A DNA stretch of 64,000 nucleotides from an uncultured Clostridia bacterium (GCA_944383685.1 CALWQM010000012.1:16560-80559), one strand, 5' to 3'; shown: positions 45,908-57,164, counted from the first letter of the stretch. Translations and numbers: made by a program. Notes: a model not told the origin generated them from the letters alone.

Positions 45908-46978
45908 CTACCCAATACTGATATCCACATTAGGTTTTGCTGTCAGTGTTAAATCAGCAAGCCCGATGCCATTTTTTGCATAATAATATGCCATTGAGCC
46001 AATCATTGCCGCATTATCTGTGCAATATTTAAGATTAGGTAAATAAAGTTTTATTCCATTTTTCTCGCAAAATAAAGATAACTTTTCTCTTAATCTTGAA
46101 TTTGCGCCCACACCACCTGCAACAACAAGCTTTTTTACGTCTTCTTTTTCACAAAAATGTTTTGTTTTTTCAACCAACTCTTGTGTCACAAGCTCTTGAA
46201 AAGAACATGCCACATCATTTTTATCTATTTCTTCATGTTTTTGCTCTTTGTTGTGAACATAATTCACGACTGCTGTTTTAAGCCCACTAAATGAAAAATT
46301 ATAAGTATCTTTCAATGGTGAATGATAGTTAAACTTAATGTTGTCAAGTCCTTCCTTTGCAATCTTATCAATCACCGGTCCACCTGGATAAGGTAAGCCT
46401 AAAACTCTTGCCACCTTATCAAAACATTCCCCAACAGAATCGTCAACAGTTGAGCCAATAACTTTAATTTTGCAATAGTCTTCAACATTAAGAATTGCTG
46501 TGTGTCCACCGCTTACCATTAGGCAGGCAAAAGGTGGAGTTAAATCTTGATGTGATATATAGTTTGCACTTATGTGCCCATGAACATGGCTGACTGCAAT
46601 TAATGGAATATTCAAAGAATACGCAACCGTCTTTGCAAAATTCACCCCAACAAGAAGGGCTCCCATAAGTCCAGCACCATAAGTGACGGCAATAGCATCT
46701 AAGTCTTTGCTTTCAATTTTTGCTTCCTCTATCGCCCTTTTATAGCAAGATGAAATTGCCAAGATATGATTTCGCGATGCAACCTCTGGAACAACTCCAC
46801 CAAAACGTTTATGAATTTCAATCTGTGAAGCAACAACATTGGACAAAACTTCTCTGCCATTTTTAACAACACTGACAGCGGTTTCGTCACAAGAAGATTC
46901 AACAGCCAAGATTAAAACATCTTTTTTATCTTTCAAAGCATCAAATTTTTGCTTTGCTATTTCCAAATAATCAGCCAT
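45908..46978 (-). CDS. tsaD: tRNA N6-adenosine threonylcarbamoyltransferase TsaD
   Basis: ILAVESSCDETAVSVV, HVHGHI and GGVGANSRLR motifs. The start at ATG 46978 overlaps the prfB stop. Confidence 0.9.
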   Translation of the reverse strand: MADYLEIAKQKFDALKDKKDVLILAVESSCDETAVSVVKNGREVLSNVVASQIEIHKRFGGVVPEVASRNHILAISSCYKRAIEEAKIESKDLDAIAVTYGAGLMGALLVGVNFAKTVAYSLNIPLIAVSHVHGHISANYISHQDLTPPFACLMVSGGHTAILNVEDYCKIKVIGSTVDDSVGECFDKVARVLGLPYPGGPVIDKIAKEGLDNIKFNYHSPLKDTYNFSFSGLKTAVVNYVHNKEQKHEEIDKNDVACSFQELVTQELVEKTKHFCEKEDVKKLVVAGGVGANSRLREKLSLFCEKNGIKLYLPNLKYCTDNAAMIGSMAYYYAKNGIGLADLTLTAKPNVDISIG

Positions 46979-48093
46979 TTTCTGCTCCTTTGTTAACGCT
47001 TGTCCTTTTAAGATATTCATTGATAAATTCTTGAATCTCTCCATTCATAACACTTTGAACATCACTTGTCTCATAGCCTGTCCTATGGTCTTTAACAAGA
47101 GTGTAAGGGCAAAAAACATATGAACGAATTTGGCTTCCCCATTCAATTTTTTTAATGTCACCTCTAATAGATGCAAGTTTTTCCATTTCTTCAAGTTCTT
47201 GTTTTTCAACAAGCTTACTATAAAGCATTTTCATTGCGGTTTCTCTATTTTGAATTTGGGAACGTTCTGTTTGGCATGCCACAATAATACCTGTTGGAAT
47301 GTGTGTGATTCTTATTGCAGACTCTGTTTTGTTGACATGTTGCCCACCTGCACCAGAACTTCTGTAAGTGTCAACTTTCAAATCTTCTGGGCGAATTGTG
47401 ATATCTGGTGCTTCATCAATTTCAGGCATAACTTCCACACTTGCAAAACTTGTGTGTCTTCTTGCGTTTGCATCAAAAGGTGAAATTCTAACAAGCCTGT
47501 GAACCCCTTTTTCTGCCTTCAAATAGCCATAAGCATATTCCCCACTGACCAAAAAGGAAATACTTTTAATTCCGGCTTCATCACCATCCAAAACATCCAA
47601 AACTTTAATTTTAAAGCCACTCTTTTCCGCATACATTGAATACATACGGTAAAGCATATCTGTCCAGTCTTGTGCTTCCGTTCCACCAGCACCAGCATGC
47701 AAGGTCATGATGGCATTATAGTTATCATACTTACCTGAAAGCAATGTTTCAAGTTTGGCATTTTCAACTTCTTTTTCAAGCTTTTCAAGAGAAGAATTAA
47801 GTTCTTCAAAAAGCGAATTATCTTCATTATCTTCAAGCAATTCAATTATGGCTTCACAATTATTTATTCCATCTTCCAAAGCTTTAATTTTTTCCAACTT
47901 ATATTCGCAAAGTTTCATTTCTCTGCCAACTTTGGAAACCTTTTTTGCATCGTTATAGAATCCGTCTTTCAGCTGTTCTGCTTTCAATTCGTCAAGTTTT
48001 TCATTTGTCCCAACTGGGTCAAAGACACTCCTTAATAAAGCTAAAATCTTCTTTCAAAGTGGTTAATTTTTCTTTTTGTATATCTAAAATCAT
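46971..48093 (-). CDS. prfB: Peptide chain release factor 2, with programmed +1 frameshift
   Basis: ORF0 runs from ATG 48093 for 24 codons to CTT TGA C (48024-48018), preceded by AGGAG (48029-48033). The +1 frame from GAC (48020) is continuous to 46971. An SGAGGQHVNKT (GGQ) motif is present. Confidence 0.9.
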
Positions 48094-48189
48094 AAAAACT
48101 CCTTAAAAAATAAAAATTGTATAATTATCTTTTGTAATTATACAATAATTAAAAGTAAAAGTAAAGCATATATGCTTTTTGGAAAAAAC

Positions 48190-49494
48190 TTAATCTTCAA
48201 CCTGTTCAAAAAGTTCATTCACATGTATCTTATGAAACTGCTCATCTTGTCTTATCAAGCTCTTTTCAATCCAATAACAAGATAGTCCATAGAAGATATA
48301 TAAAACACAAACAATGCCAAGATTAATAAGAAGGAATATTGTTGAGCCATTGCCAACCAACCCATCAAAAACTCCCGCCAAAATAATCAAAACAGAAGAC
48401 ATAACCCTGCCCGTTGCAAGGCTAAACTCCATTAATGCAGTGCTTTCCAAAATGTGTGAATGAAGGGATAATATCCTCACCATGCTTGCTTTTCTGCTGT
48501 CGCTTATAGACATCAAAATAACATTCAAAATTGTGTAAACAGCATAGAAAATTACAATGGCAATTAAACTTGTTCCTGCCGTACAAATAATTCCAATAAC
48601 AGCTAAGCTTACCAGAATGATAACAGGGAAAATAAACTGTTTTGCACGCTTTTTTCGATAATAACGAAGATATAAAAACATTGTCACAAGCGAGCAAAGT
48701 GTGAAAATTGATTGCATAATACCAAGGGATGAATTTGATTGTAAACTTGTCCAAACAAGAATTGTTATAAGGGTTGTAAAGCAGTCATATGATGCACCCC
48801 TAAAAAAGTTGTTTATATAAACATATTTCAGTGGCTCAGTGCTTTGTTTGTTATTTTTCAAATACCTATAAAATTTCCTTATATTAAACGAAAGTTTATA
48901 AACCTTTTTAGGCCTAATTAAGAATGAGAACACAACAAAAGCAACACAAAGAACAACCATAATAAGTGCCATTATTGAGAAATTTACTTTATCAATAATA
49001 AAACCAAAAGCCACAGGGAAAACAATGTATGTTGCCTGAAATGCAATTCGCTTAACAGCAAAAAATCTTACCTGATGCTTACTTGAAATTGTTTCACTTG
49101 TTAAGTTGTGGTATCCAGACGAATAAAACCCAAAGCTGAAACCATAAAGAAATGCAACAAGCGGAAGATAAACTATAAGTTGGTCACCAAGTAAATAAAT
49201 CATAAGAACAACAAGTGTTAAACAAATTGCACCAACCGAAACAAATATGCTTTTGTTGTGATTTTTTAAAAAATATCCCGTATATAAATATGAAAGCCCA
49301 AGGGCTGTATAGTAGATGACATAAAACACCCCAATCATAATTATATTGTAAGTTATATCTTGCCCAAGTGATTGATTTTTAAGTATGTTCGCCACCAAAA
49401 AGAGGTCAACAAAGATAAGGATAACCCCTTGCAAACAATCACACGCAATAATAGAAATAGCACTTAAATCAAAAATTTTTCTTTTAGTTTTCAT
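48190..49494 (-). CDS. MFS-like multi-pass transporter
   Basis: About 12 hydrophobic segments. The ATG at 49494 overlaps the ATPase stop by 11 nt; the longer ORF start would lie inside the ATPase gene. Confidence 0.65.
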   Translation of the reverse strand: MKTKRKIFDLSAISIIACDCLQGVILIFVDLFLVANILKNQSLGQDITYNIIMIGVFYVIYYTALGLSYLYTGYFLKNHNKSIFVSVGAICLTLVVLMIYLLGDQLIVYLPLVAFLYGFSFGFYSSGYHNLTSETISSKHQVRFFAVKRIAFQATYIVFPVAFGFIIDKVNFSIMALIMVVLCVAFVVFSFLIRPKKVYKLSFNIRKFYRYLKNNKQSTEPLKYVYINNFFRGASYDCFTTLITILVWTSLQSNSSLGIMQSIFTLCSLVTMFLYLRYYRKKRAKQFIFPVIILVSLAVIGIICTAGTSLIAIVIFYAVYTILNVILMSISDSRKASMVRILSLHSHILESTALMEFSLATGRVMSSVLIILAGVFDGLVGNGSTIFLLINLGIVCVLYIFYGLSCYWIEKSLIRQDEQFHKIHVNELFEQVED

Positions 49495-52246
49495 TTTTTC
49501 TAGCCCTTTGTTTTTTCCAGCGTCGAACAAACAATTTAACCAATTCAATGTAAGGAATAATAAGAAGTGCAAGCCCTAACGCAAGAAGCCACTCCCACCA
49601 ATCAATCATGCATATTCCAAGTGCATTTTGAACTGGCACAATAGGCAATGCAACAATAATTATTGTTAGCAATGCCGAAATTAAAAATCCATAATTCAAA
49701 ACTTTGTTATCAAATGGATTTGAGCTGAACAGACTTTGATTGTCACTCTTTAAGTTGTACGCATGGAACAACTCAGCAAAACATAAGTATAAGAAGCAAA
49801 TTGTTGTCACATGTTCGCTTGACATATCAAATGTGAATGTAAGCACACAATATAATCCAATCAAAAACAGAGAAACAAATATTGACGAGCAGAAGATGTT
49901 AAACCCAACTTTCCCCTTAAAAAGATTTCCAGAAGTCTTTTGCGGAGGTTCTTTCATTATGTTTTTATCCGCCTTTTCAAAACCAAGTGCAAGACCAACA
50001 AAAGTGTCGGAAACAAAGTTTATCCAAAGAAGAAGTGCAGGTGTAAAGAATGTATGGTCTCTAAAAATGCAAGTTATAAGCGCAATGGCAAAAAGTTCCG
50101 CAAAACTTGTTCCAAGAAGAAACTCTAAGATTTTTAAAATTCCTTGATAAATTTTTCTTCCCTCTTTAACTGCCCCAACAATAGTTGCAAAATTGTCATC
50201 TGTTAAAATTATATCAGCCGCTTCCTTTGTTACATCGGTTCCAGTAATTCCCATACCAACACCAATATCAGCCGCCTTAATGCTTGGTGCATCGTTTACA
50301 CCATCACCAGTCATGGCAACAATCTTATCGTTTGCCTTCAAAGCTTTAACAATTTTAACTTTATGCTCTGGACTTACCCTTGCATAGACTTTATAATCAC
50401 TTACAACACTTGCAAACTTTTCATCAGGAATTTTATTCAATTGTTCGCCTGTGATAACATGCTTTTTATTATTGCAAATTCCAAGTTCCTTTGCAATGGC
50501 AAAAGCGGTATCTTTGTGGTCACCAGTTATCATAACAACATCAATTCCAGCTTCTTTACATGTTTTTATTGCCTCGGCAACTTCCTTTCTTGGTGGGTCA
50601 ATCATGCCAATAAGCCCAACAAAAACAAGGTCTTTTTCAGTGTTTTGAGATGTATAATGCTTTATTTCTTCTGTTTCCTTTTTAAAAGCAAAAGCAAGCA
50701 CCCTCAAAGCCATCGAAGCCAACTCTTGGTTTTTATTCAAAATGGTTTCTTTGTCAGCACTTGTGAGTTTTCTAATTTTTCCATTGTCATAAACTCTGTT
50801 GCATCTTTCAATAACACTGTCAAGCGCACCTTTTGTGTAAACATACCTTTGGCCATCAACCAAATTGATTGTTGACATCATTTTTCTTTCACTGTCAAAA
50901 GGCACTTCGCCCACACGTTGATATTTGCCTTCATATAAATCTTTTCCTGCATCAAAAACATAACCACAATGCACAAGTGCAACTTCGGTTGGGTCACCAA
51001 CGCAAACAAGGTTATCTTCCTCCATTTTGATTTGCACATCATTGCAGAGAACCATTGCTTTAACAAATTCTTGTATCGTTTTATTGGATTTTATAAGTTT
51101 CAAAGCAGGCTTTTCAGCATCATCTTCTTTTTCTTTATCTTTAAATATTTTGTTGTTAAAATCGAGATTGTTAAATTCATCAAGAGCATTATCAAACAAA
51201 AATGCTTTTTTAACGGTCATCTTGTTCATGGTAAGTGTGCCAGTTTTATCAGTGCAGATAACTTGCGTTGAGCCAAGTGTTTCAACTGCCGGCAATTTTT
51301 TAACAATTGCTCGCTGTTCACTCATTCTCTTAACACCCATAGACATTGTAACCGTGACACAGGCAGGAAGCCCCTCAGGAATTGCACAAACCGCAATCGC
51401 AATCGCCATGGTAAATGATGTCACAAAGCTTGTTCCCGTTGCAATGCCAATGATAAATATGATAACAGCCACAATCAAAACAATAACTGTTAAGTATATG
51501 CTTGTTATCCTTACACGCTTGGTCAAAGGTGTTTCTTCTTCCTTTATGGAATCAAGAGCAGAAGCAATTTTTCCCATTTCGGTCTGCATGCCAACATCCG
51601 TAACCACACCAACTCCACGGCCATAAGTCACAACACTACCCATAAAAGCCATGTTTTTGCGTTCCGCCAAGATTATGTCTTTCTTTAAAATAAGTTCAGC
51701 ATCTTTTTCCACAGGTTCACTTTCACCAGTGAGTGCACTTTCTTCAATTTTCAAAGATTGAGTTTCAATAAGCCTTAAATCAGCCGGAACAATGTCCCCT
51801 GCTTCCAAAACCACAATATCCCCAATAACAAGCTCTTCGCTTTTAATTTTGTGAATCACTCCTTCACGAATAACCTTACAATATGGTTTTGTCATATTTT
51901 TAAGAGCCTGCATTGCCTGTTCACTTTTTCGTTCTTGAACATATCCTATGATTGAATTAATTAAAACCACAAGCATAATTATTCCAGCATCAATAAATTC
52001 ATCAACGGTTTTGTTAATGATTCCAATCACAATACTAAGAATACAACTTGCAATAAGAACAAGAATTAAAACATCTTTAAACTGCCCCAAAAATTTAACA
52101 AATTCACTTTTTTTCTTTTTACCAGTTAATAAGTTTTTACCATTTTTTTGAAGCCTATCTTGTGCATCAATAAAAGATAGTCCCTGCGTTGAACTACCAC
52201 TTTCAAGAAGCACATCATTTTTATCCTTACTGTAAACTTCAAGCAT
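49484..52246 (-). CDS. Calcium-translocating P-type ATPase (type IIA, SERCA/PMCA-like)
   Basis: TGES, ICTDKTGTLT, MITGDH and TGDGVNDAPS motifs. 920 aa. Confidence 0.9.
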   Translation of the reverse strand: MLEVYSKDKNDVLLESGSSTQGLSFIDAQDRLQKNGKNLLTGKKKKSEFVKFLGQFKDVLILVLIASCILSIVIGIINKTVDEFIDAGIIMLVVLINSIIGYVQERKSEQAMQALKNMTKPYCKVIREGVIHKIKSEELVIGDIVVLEAGDIVPADLRLIETQSLKIEESALTGESEPVEKDAELILKKDIILAERKNMAFMGSVVTYGRGVGVVTDVGMQTEMGKIASALDSIKEEETPLTKRVRITSIYLTVIVLIVAVIIFIIGIATGTSFVTSFTMAIAIAVCAIPEGLPACVTVTMSMGVKRMSEQRAIVKKLPAVETLGSTQVICTDKTGTLTMNKMTVKKAFLFDNALDEFNNLDFNNKIFKDKEKEDDAEKPALKLIKSNKTIQEFVKAMVLCNDVQIKMEEDNLVCVGDPTEVALVHCGYVFDAGKDLYEGKYQRVGEVPFDSERKMMSTINLVDGQRYVYTKGALDSVIERCNRVYDNGKIRKLTSADKETILNKNQELASMALRVLAFAFKKETEEIKHYTSQNTEKDLVFVGLIGMIDPPRKEVAEAIKTCKEAGIDVVMITGDHKDTAFAIAKELGICNNKKHVITGEQLNKIPDEKFASVVSDYKVYARVSPEHKVKIVKALKANDKIVAMTGDGVNDAPSIKAADIGVGMGITGTDVTKEAADIILTDDNFATIVGAVKEGRKIYQGILKILEFLLGTSFAELFAIALITCIFRDHTFFTPALLLWINFVSDTFVGLALGFEKADKNIMKEPPQKTSGNLFKGKVGFNIFCSSIFVSLFLIGLYCVLTFTFDMSSEHVTTICFLYLCFAELFHAYNLKSDNQSLFSSNPFDNKVLNYGFLISALLTIIIVALPIVPVQNALGICMIDWWEWLLALGLALLIIPYIELVKLFVRRWKKQRARKNEN

Positions 52247-52473
52247 ATAATATGATTATATCAAATTAATTTATTTTTACAAAATATTATTAAAAGATTT
52301 TTATACATTTATGCAATTTGTTATACAAAAATAAATAAATTTAACTTTTTATTTGTTTTACAATTTATTTTAACCTGTTTCTAAATCTGTGTATTAAGCC
52401 TTACCAATTTTATAAAATATAAGTTCATTTTTTTTATTTCCTATATTATAATTGCACTTTTCAGCAAAAAGGC

Positions 52474-52503
52474 AAAAAATAAACCCCACAAAAAGTGAGG
52501 TTT
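52474..52503 (-). terminator. Terminator after the acidic coiled-coil protein gene
   Basis: On the minus strand, AAACCTCAC-TTTTT-GTGGGGTTT followed by ATTTTTT. Confidence 0.7.
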
Positions 52504-52512
52504 AATATTTTA

Positions 52513-53676
52513 TTATTCTTCTTCGCTGTTGTCAGCATTGCCTTCTTTTTCTTCAATTTCAGCAATTTGTTCTTTAAGAGATTTGATTTCGTCTTTAAGC
52601 TCTGTGTTTTGTCTTTTCAAAACTTCATACATTCTTTTAAGTAATGGATATCTTTCTTCGTTCTTAGCCATAACTTCTTCGCAATGTTGAACAGAAAGTT
52701 TAAGTCCATCAAGTAAATCCAAATCTTCTGCCAATTTCTTAGCTTTTTCTTCATCTATATCAGCATAATTGTTAACGCCATACAAAACAACTTTTTGTTT
52801 AGCAACTAATGCTTCTTTACGACGAAGTTTCTTTTCATCATTTTCGTGAGTTTTCCAAACTTTGTTTAAAGGAATGAAATCTTTTTTGCATTGTTTGAAA
52901 TCTTTTTCATTAGCTCTAAGTTTTTCTTCTGCATCAGCAAGTCTAGCTTTAAGGTCATCCAAGGATGATACTGGAACTTGAACAATTTCAGGTTGAACAG
53001 TTTCAAGAAGTTTTTGTTTTGCTTCTTCAAGTTCTTTGCACATTTGTTCATATCTTTCTTTTTCACGAAGAAGTTCTTCTTTTTCAGCTTCAAGTCTTGC
53101 AATCTCTTCTTCATGGTTGTCTTCTGGAACCTCGTCTTCTTCAACCTCTTCGTCAGCCTCGTCTTCTTGCTCTTCAACTTCTTCTGCTTCTTCTACTTCG
53201 TCATTGTCATCAACATCTTCTTCTTCAACTTCTTCCTCGGCATCAGCAGTTTCCTCTGTTTCTTGTTCAGTTTCTTCTGTTTCGTCTTCTTGAAGTCTTC
53301 TAATAAGTTCTTGTCTTCTTCTTTCAAGATATTCACGTCTTTCTCTGTTGATTCTTTCTTCTTCTGTTTCAACAGCTTCAACTTGTGCTTGTTCTTCTGT
53401 TGCTTTTACTTCATCAACATCAACAATGTTTCCTTCTTGTAAAAGTTTTGGTTCTTGTTTAACTTCTTCTTCAAAATGGAAATCTTCAACATTTTGATTT
53501 GAAACATTTTGATTAACATTTGTTTTATTTTCATCTTTATTATTTTTCTTAGAGTAAATTAAAATTGCTTCCCAGATGAAATACAAAATTAAGCTTGCAG
53601 CAACAACAACTCCCAAAATAATAAACACGGTTGAAATTGTAGATTCAATGCTTACGCTTAAAAGAGAATTTAACAT
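52513..53676 (-). CDS. Membrane-anchored, extremely acidic coiled-coil protein
   Basis: An N-terminal TM helix is followed by long E/D-rich stretches (EEVEEEDVDDNDEVEEAEEVEEQEDEADEEVEEDE). AAGGAAGG SD. Confidence 0.6.
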   Translation of the reverse strand: MLNSLLSVSIESTISTVFIILGVVVAASLILYFIWEAILIYSKKNNKDENKTNVNQNVSNQNVEDFHFEEEVKQEPKLLQEGNIVDVDEVKATEEQAQVEAVETEEERINRERREYLERRRQELIRRLQEDETEETEQETEETADAEEEVEEEDVDDNDEVEEAEEVEEQEDEADEEVEEDEVPEDNHEEEIARLEAEKEELLREKERYEQMCKELEEAKQKLLETVQPEIVQVPVSSLDDLKARLADAEEKLRANEKDFKQCKKDFIPLNKVWKTHENDEKKLRRKEALVAKQKVVLYGVNNYADIDEEKAKKLAEDLDLLDGLKLSVQHCEEVMAKNEERYPLLKRMYEVLKRQNTELKDEIKSLKEQIAEIEEKEGNADNSEEE

Positions 53677-53970
53677 ATCACACCTTCCTTCTAATCTATC
53701 AAAGATTTTTGTTCAATCATATTTTACCATAGAACGCAATATATGTCAATAGCAATTTTTCAAAAATGGTGATTTTTTTAGAAAATTTAGTAAAAAAATG
53801 CATTATTTTAAGAAAAATTGAAGATTTTAAAGCAAAATTTTGATTTTTACACGTTTATATATATTATTATATATAAAAATTGATGAAAATTTCAACGTTT
53901 TTAAAGCAAAAAATGAAATTTTTTAATAATAAACAACATTTTTTATAAAATCAAAATTAGAAAAGTATAA

Positions 53971-53993
53971 AAATAAGACCGCAAAAAGCGGTC
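53971..53993 (-). terminator. Terminator after tmRNA
   Basis: GACCGC-TTTTT-GCGGTC followed by TTATTTTT on the minus strand. Confidence 0.75.
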
Positions 53994-53998
53994 CATTT

Positions 53999-54397
53999 TG
54001 GTGGAGGCGTCGGGTTATGCTCCCGAGTCCAAAACATATTTACAAAACTTTTCTACATGTTTATTTTGTGATTAAGTTTCACTTTAAAGTCACCCACAAA
54101 CAGGTTTTTAAAGCAATTCCTTAAAAATTTTTTATGCATACAAGGAAGAACTTTGCATAAAATTTTTGCCTAAACTGACACTTAAAATTTTATTGGCAAG
54201 ATAAAAAGTAAGCGAATTAGATAATGCTCTAATCAGGCGTTATTTCAACTAAGCAGCGCAAGGCATAGCATTCATTGAAACAACATTATTATTTTCGTCT
54301 GCGTTTATTTACGCTTGTTCTTGTTTAAGGCGTAAGGACGAACCGCCACATGCTTTACATTTCATAAATTATGCTCTGTCGAAACTAAATCGCCCCC
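53999..54397 (-). ncRNA. ssrA: tmRNA (SsrA)
   Basis: 5' GGGGGCGATTTAGTTTCGACAGAGC. 3' T-arm TCGGGAGCATAACCCGA followed by CGCCTCCACCA. Internal tag ORF GCA GAC GAA AAT ... GCT GCT TAG. It lies directly downstream of smpB. Confidence 0.85.
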
Positions 54398-54402
54398 TAG
54401 TT

Positions 54403-54849
54403 TCAATGCTTGGATGCATATCTTTCAATATCTCTTTTAACAGCCTTATCCTTTAAAGTTTGACGTTTGTCATAAAGTTTTTTACCTTTTGCAAGTCCAA
54501 TTTCCACCTTAACTTTTCCATCTTTGTTGATATAAAGTTTTGTTGGCATGATTGAAAAACCTTTTTCTTTTACCTGTCTTTCAAACTTTAAAATTTCATT
54601 TTTATGAAGCAAAAGTTTTCTTGTTCGCCTTTCATCAACTTTGAAAACATTTGCCTTTTCATAAGGTTTTATATAAGCATTTTTCAAAAACATTTCGCCA
54701 TTTTTCACAACAACAAAACTATCTAAAATGCTCACTCCACCTTTACGAATTGACTTAACTTCTGCTCCCTGTAAAGCGATACCTGCTTCCACGCAATCAG
54801 AGATGAAAAAATCATGAAAAGCTTTTTTGTTGTTTGCAATTATTTCCAT
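54403..54849 (-). CDS. smpB: SsrA-binding protein SmpB
   Basis: IANNKKAFHDFFI...GIALQGAEVKSIR...LLLHKNEI is typical of SmpB. The ATG at 54849 follows AAGGAGA. Confidence 0.9.
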   Translation of the reverse strand: MEIIANNKKAFHDFFISDCVEAGIALQGAEVKSIRKGGVSILDSFVVVKNGEMFLKNAYIKPYEKANVFKVDERRTRKLLLHKNEILKFERQVKEKGFSIMPTKLYINKDGKVKVEIGLAKGKKLYDKRQTLKDKAVKRDIERYASKH

Positions 54850-55082
54850 TCTCATCTCCTTAAAACATATTATACCACAACTATAATAAAATTGCAATAT
54901 TTAACATATTACAACATTTAGTTACAACATGTCAAAATATTGCATAAGATTAAAAAATTTGTAAATTTTTAATTGTAATTAAATTTAATTAAAATCATAA
55001 AAATTCTCAAAAATTAGCATAAAATCAATAAATTTTTAAAAATTTTTGCATATTTAAGGTGTTTTTCTTGATTTTTGTCTTC

Positions 55083-57164
55083 TTACACCACTTTGAAATC
55101 TATATCTCTGCTGTGCAAATTCACGTTAGTAAGTTGAACTTTCACCTTGTCACCAATAGAGAAAACATTTCCAGAACCTTTAAGTTTTAATTGTTTTTCT
55201 AAGAAAATGTAAGTGTCGTCAGGAAGCCCCTCCATTCTAACCAATCCCTCGCAAGTGTTTTCAAGAGTAACAAAAATTCCAAAGTTAGTAACAGAAGAAA
55301 TGGTCGCTTCAAAGACCTCTCCAATTCTGTCTTTCATAAGATATGCTTTCCAAAGGTCATCAACGTCACGTTCTGCCATATCAGCATTTCTTTCACACTC
55401 ACTTGATTGTTCAGCAGAGTCAAATGTGAAAATATCCAAATCATCTTTTCTCTCAGGAGTTATTTTACCATGTAACCATTCTTTAATTATTCTATGAATA
55501 GTTAAATCAGGATAACGCCTAATTGGAGATGTGAAGTGACAATAGTTGACAAGTGCAAGCCCAAAGTGCCCAAGGTCTTTGTTAGAGTATTTAGCCTTTT
55601 GCATACTTCTTAAAAGCATTTTGTTAACAACATCTTGCGTGTTGGTATCTTCCACCATTTTAAGAATTTCTTGAAAATAACTTGGAGTGATATTATCTGG
55701 CACTTGTGGATATCTAACCCCGATACCTTTCAAAAAGTCACAAAGTGCAAAAACCTTTTCTTTGGTTGGCGCTTCATGCACACGATAAACAAAAGGAATT
55801 TTTAATTTATCAAAATGCTTTGCAACAACCTCATTTGCAAGAAGCATGAAGTCTTCAATAAGTTTGTGAGCTTCATTGCGTTCTCGCCTTGTGATATCAA
55901 CCGCCATACCTTTATCATCAAAAACAAACTGAACTTCTGGAATCTCCAAATCTAAGGAACCACGCTTTGCTTGATTAGCTTCAAGTATATCACAAAGTTC
56001 TCTCATGGTTTTAAAATCATCAACCAAATCTTTTGTTTTTTCATTAAGTTTGTTTTCAGTTAATGCTTCATGAACTTCTTTATAAGTTAAGCGAGCCTTG
56101 CTTTTAATCACACTTTCACAAATTTTGTAGTCAATCACCTTGCCGTCAAAATCAACTTTCATAATACATGATAAGGTCAATCTTTCAACACCTTCATTCA
56201 AAGAGCAGATGCCATTTGAAAGCGCTTTTGGAAGCATTGGCAAAACTGATGTTGGAAAATAAACACTTGTTCCACGTCTGTAAGCTTCTTCATCGAAAAC
56301 AGAATCTTGTGTAACATACTCCCCAACGTCTGCAATATGAACACCAAGTTCATAATATTTGTCAAACTTTTTAATGGAAACAGCATCATCCAAATCTTTG
56401 GCATCCGCACCATCAATGGTGAAAATCACTTCATTGGTTAAATCAAGACGCCCTTTTTTCTGTTTTGCAGAGATGGATTTTGGCAAATTTTTTTCAGCCT
56501 CCACAACAACGTCTGGAAATTCTTCAAAGAGGTTATGTTCTCTTATAAGAGAAAGTTCAAGTGTTTTCACATCATCATTCATGCCAAGAATTTCATCAAC
56601 AACACATTTAACTTTTCCCTTGTCAGTTCTAACAATTCTTGCCATAACTTTCATGTCTTTTTTAAGTTTCATTCCAGTTTTAACAATAGGAAAATCAATT
56701 AATATGCGTTTGTTGTCTGGGTCCAAAAACAAATTACCAGCAACAATCTTAACAAGCCCAACAATATTTTTTAATTCTTGATAAACAGAAACGACTTCCC
56801 CATCAATTCCTTCATTGGTTTGGGAAATTATTTTAACAATTACCTTTTCACCATCAAGAGCACCCAAAGTTTTGTTTGCAGGAATGAAGATATCATCAGT
56901 CATTCCCTTCACCTTCACAAAACCAAAACCTTTGCTTGTGCCAGAATAGTCACCTTTCACATAGCCATGAGAAGGAATTGTAATAAACTTATTTTTTCTA
57001 ATTTCAAAAACATCGCCATTTGACACAAGTTGGTAAAAAAGTTTTTTCACTTCTTCAACACTTGTTTCCATTGCAGATGAAATAAATAAAAACAGTTTGT
57101 CAATATTTGTAAAGACCAAACTATTTTTATTTAATAACTCCAAAATTTTTTCTTTTTTATTCAT
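55083..57164 (-). CDS. rnr: Ribonuclease R
   Basis: RNB catalytic region (TIDGADAKDLDDAVS, HFGLA...YCHFTSPIRRYPDL) and a C-terminal S1 domain. Confidence 0.95.
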   Translation of the reverse strand: MNKKEKILELLNKNSLVFTNIDKLFLFISSAMETSVEEVKKLFYQLVSNGDVFEIRKNKFITIPSHGYVKGDYSGTSKGFGFVKVKGMTDDIFIPANKTLGALDGEKVIVKIISQTNEGIDGEVVSVYQELKNIVGLVKIVAGNLFLDPDNKRILIDFPIVKTGMKLKKDMKVMARIVRTDKGKVKCVVDEILGMNDDVKTLELSLIREHNLFEEFPDVVVEAEKNLPKSISAKQKKGRLDLTNEVIFTIDGADAKDLDDAVSIKKFDKYYELGVHIADVGEYVTQDSVFDEEAYRRGTSVYFPTSVLPMLPKALSNGICSLNEGVERLTLSCIMKVDFDGKVIDYKICESVIKSKARLTYKEVHEALTENKLNEKTKDLVDDFKTMRELCDILEANQAKRGSLDLEIPEVQFVFDDKGMAVDITRRERNEAHKLIEDFMLLANEVVAKHFDKLKIPFVYRVHEAPTKEKVFALCDFLKGIGVRYPQVPDNITPSYFQEILKMVEDTNTQDVVNKMLLRSMQKAKYSNKDLGHFGLALVNYCHFTSPIRRYPDLTIHRIIKEWLHGKITPERKDDLDIFTFDSAEQSSECERNADMAERDVDDLWKAYLMKDRIGEVFEATISSVTNFGIFVTLENTCEGLVRMEGLPDDTYIFLEKQLKLKGSGNVFSIGDKVKVQLTNVNLHSRDIDFKVV

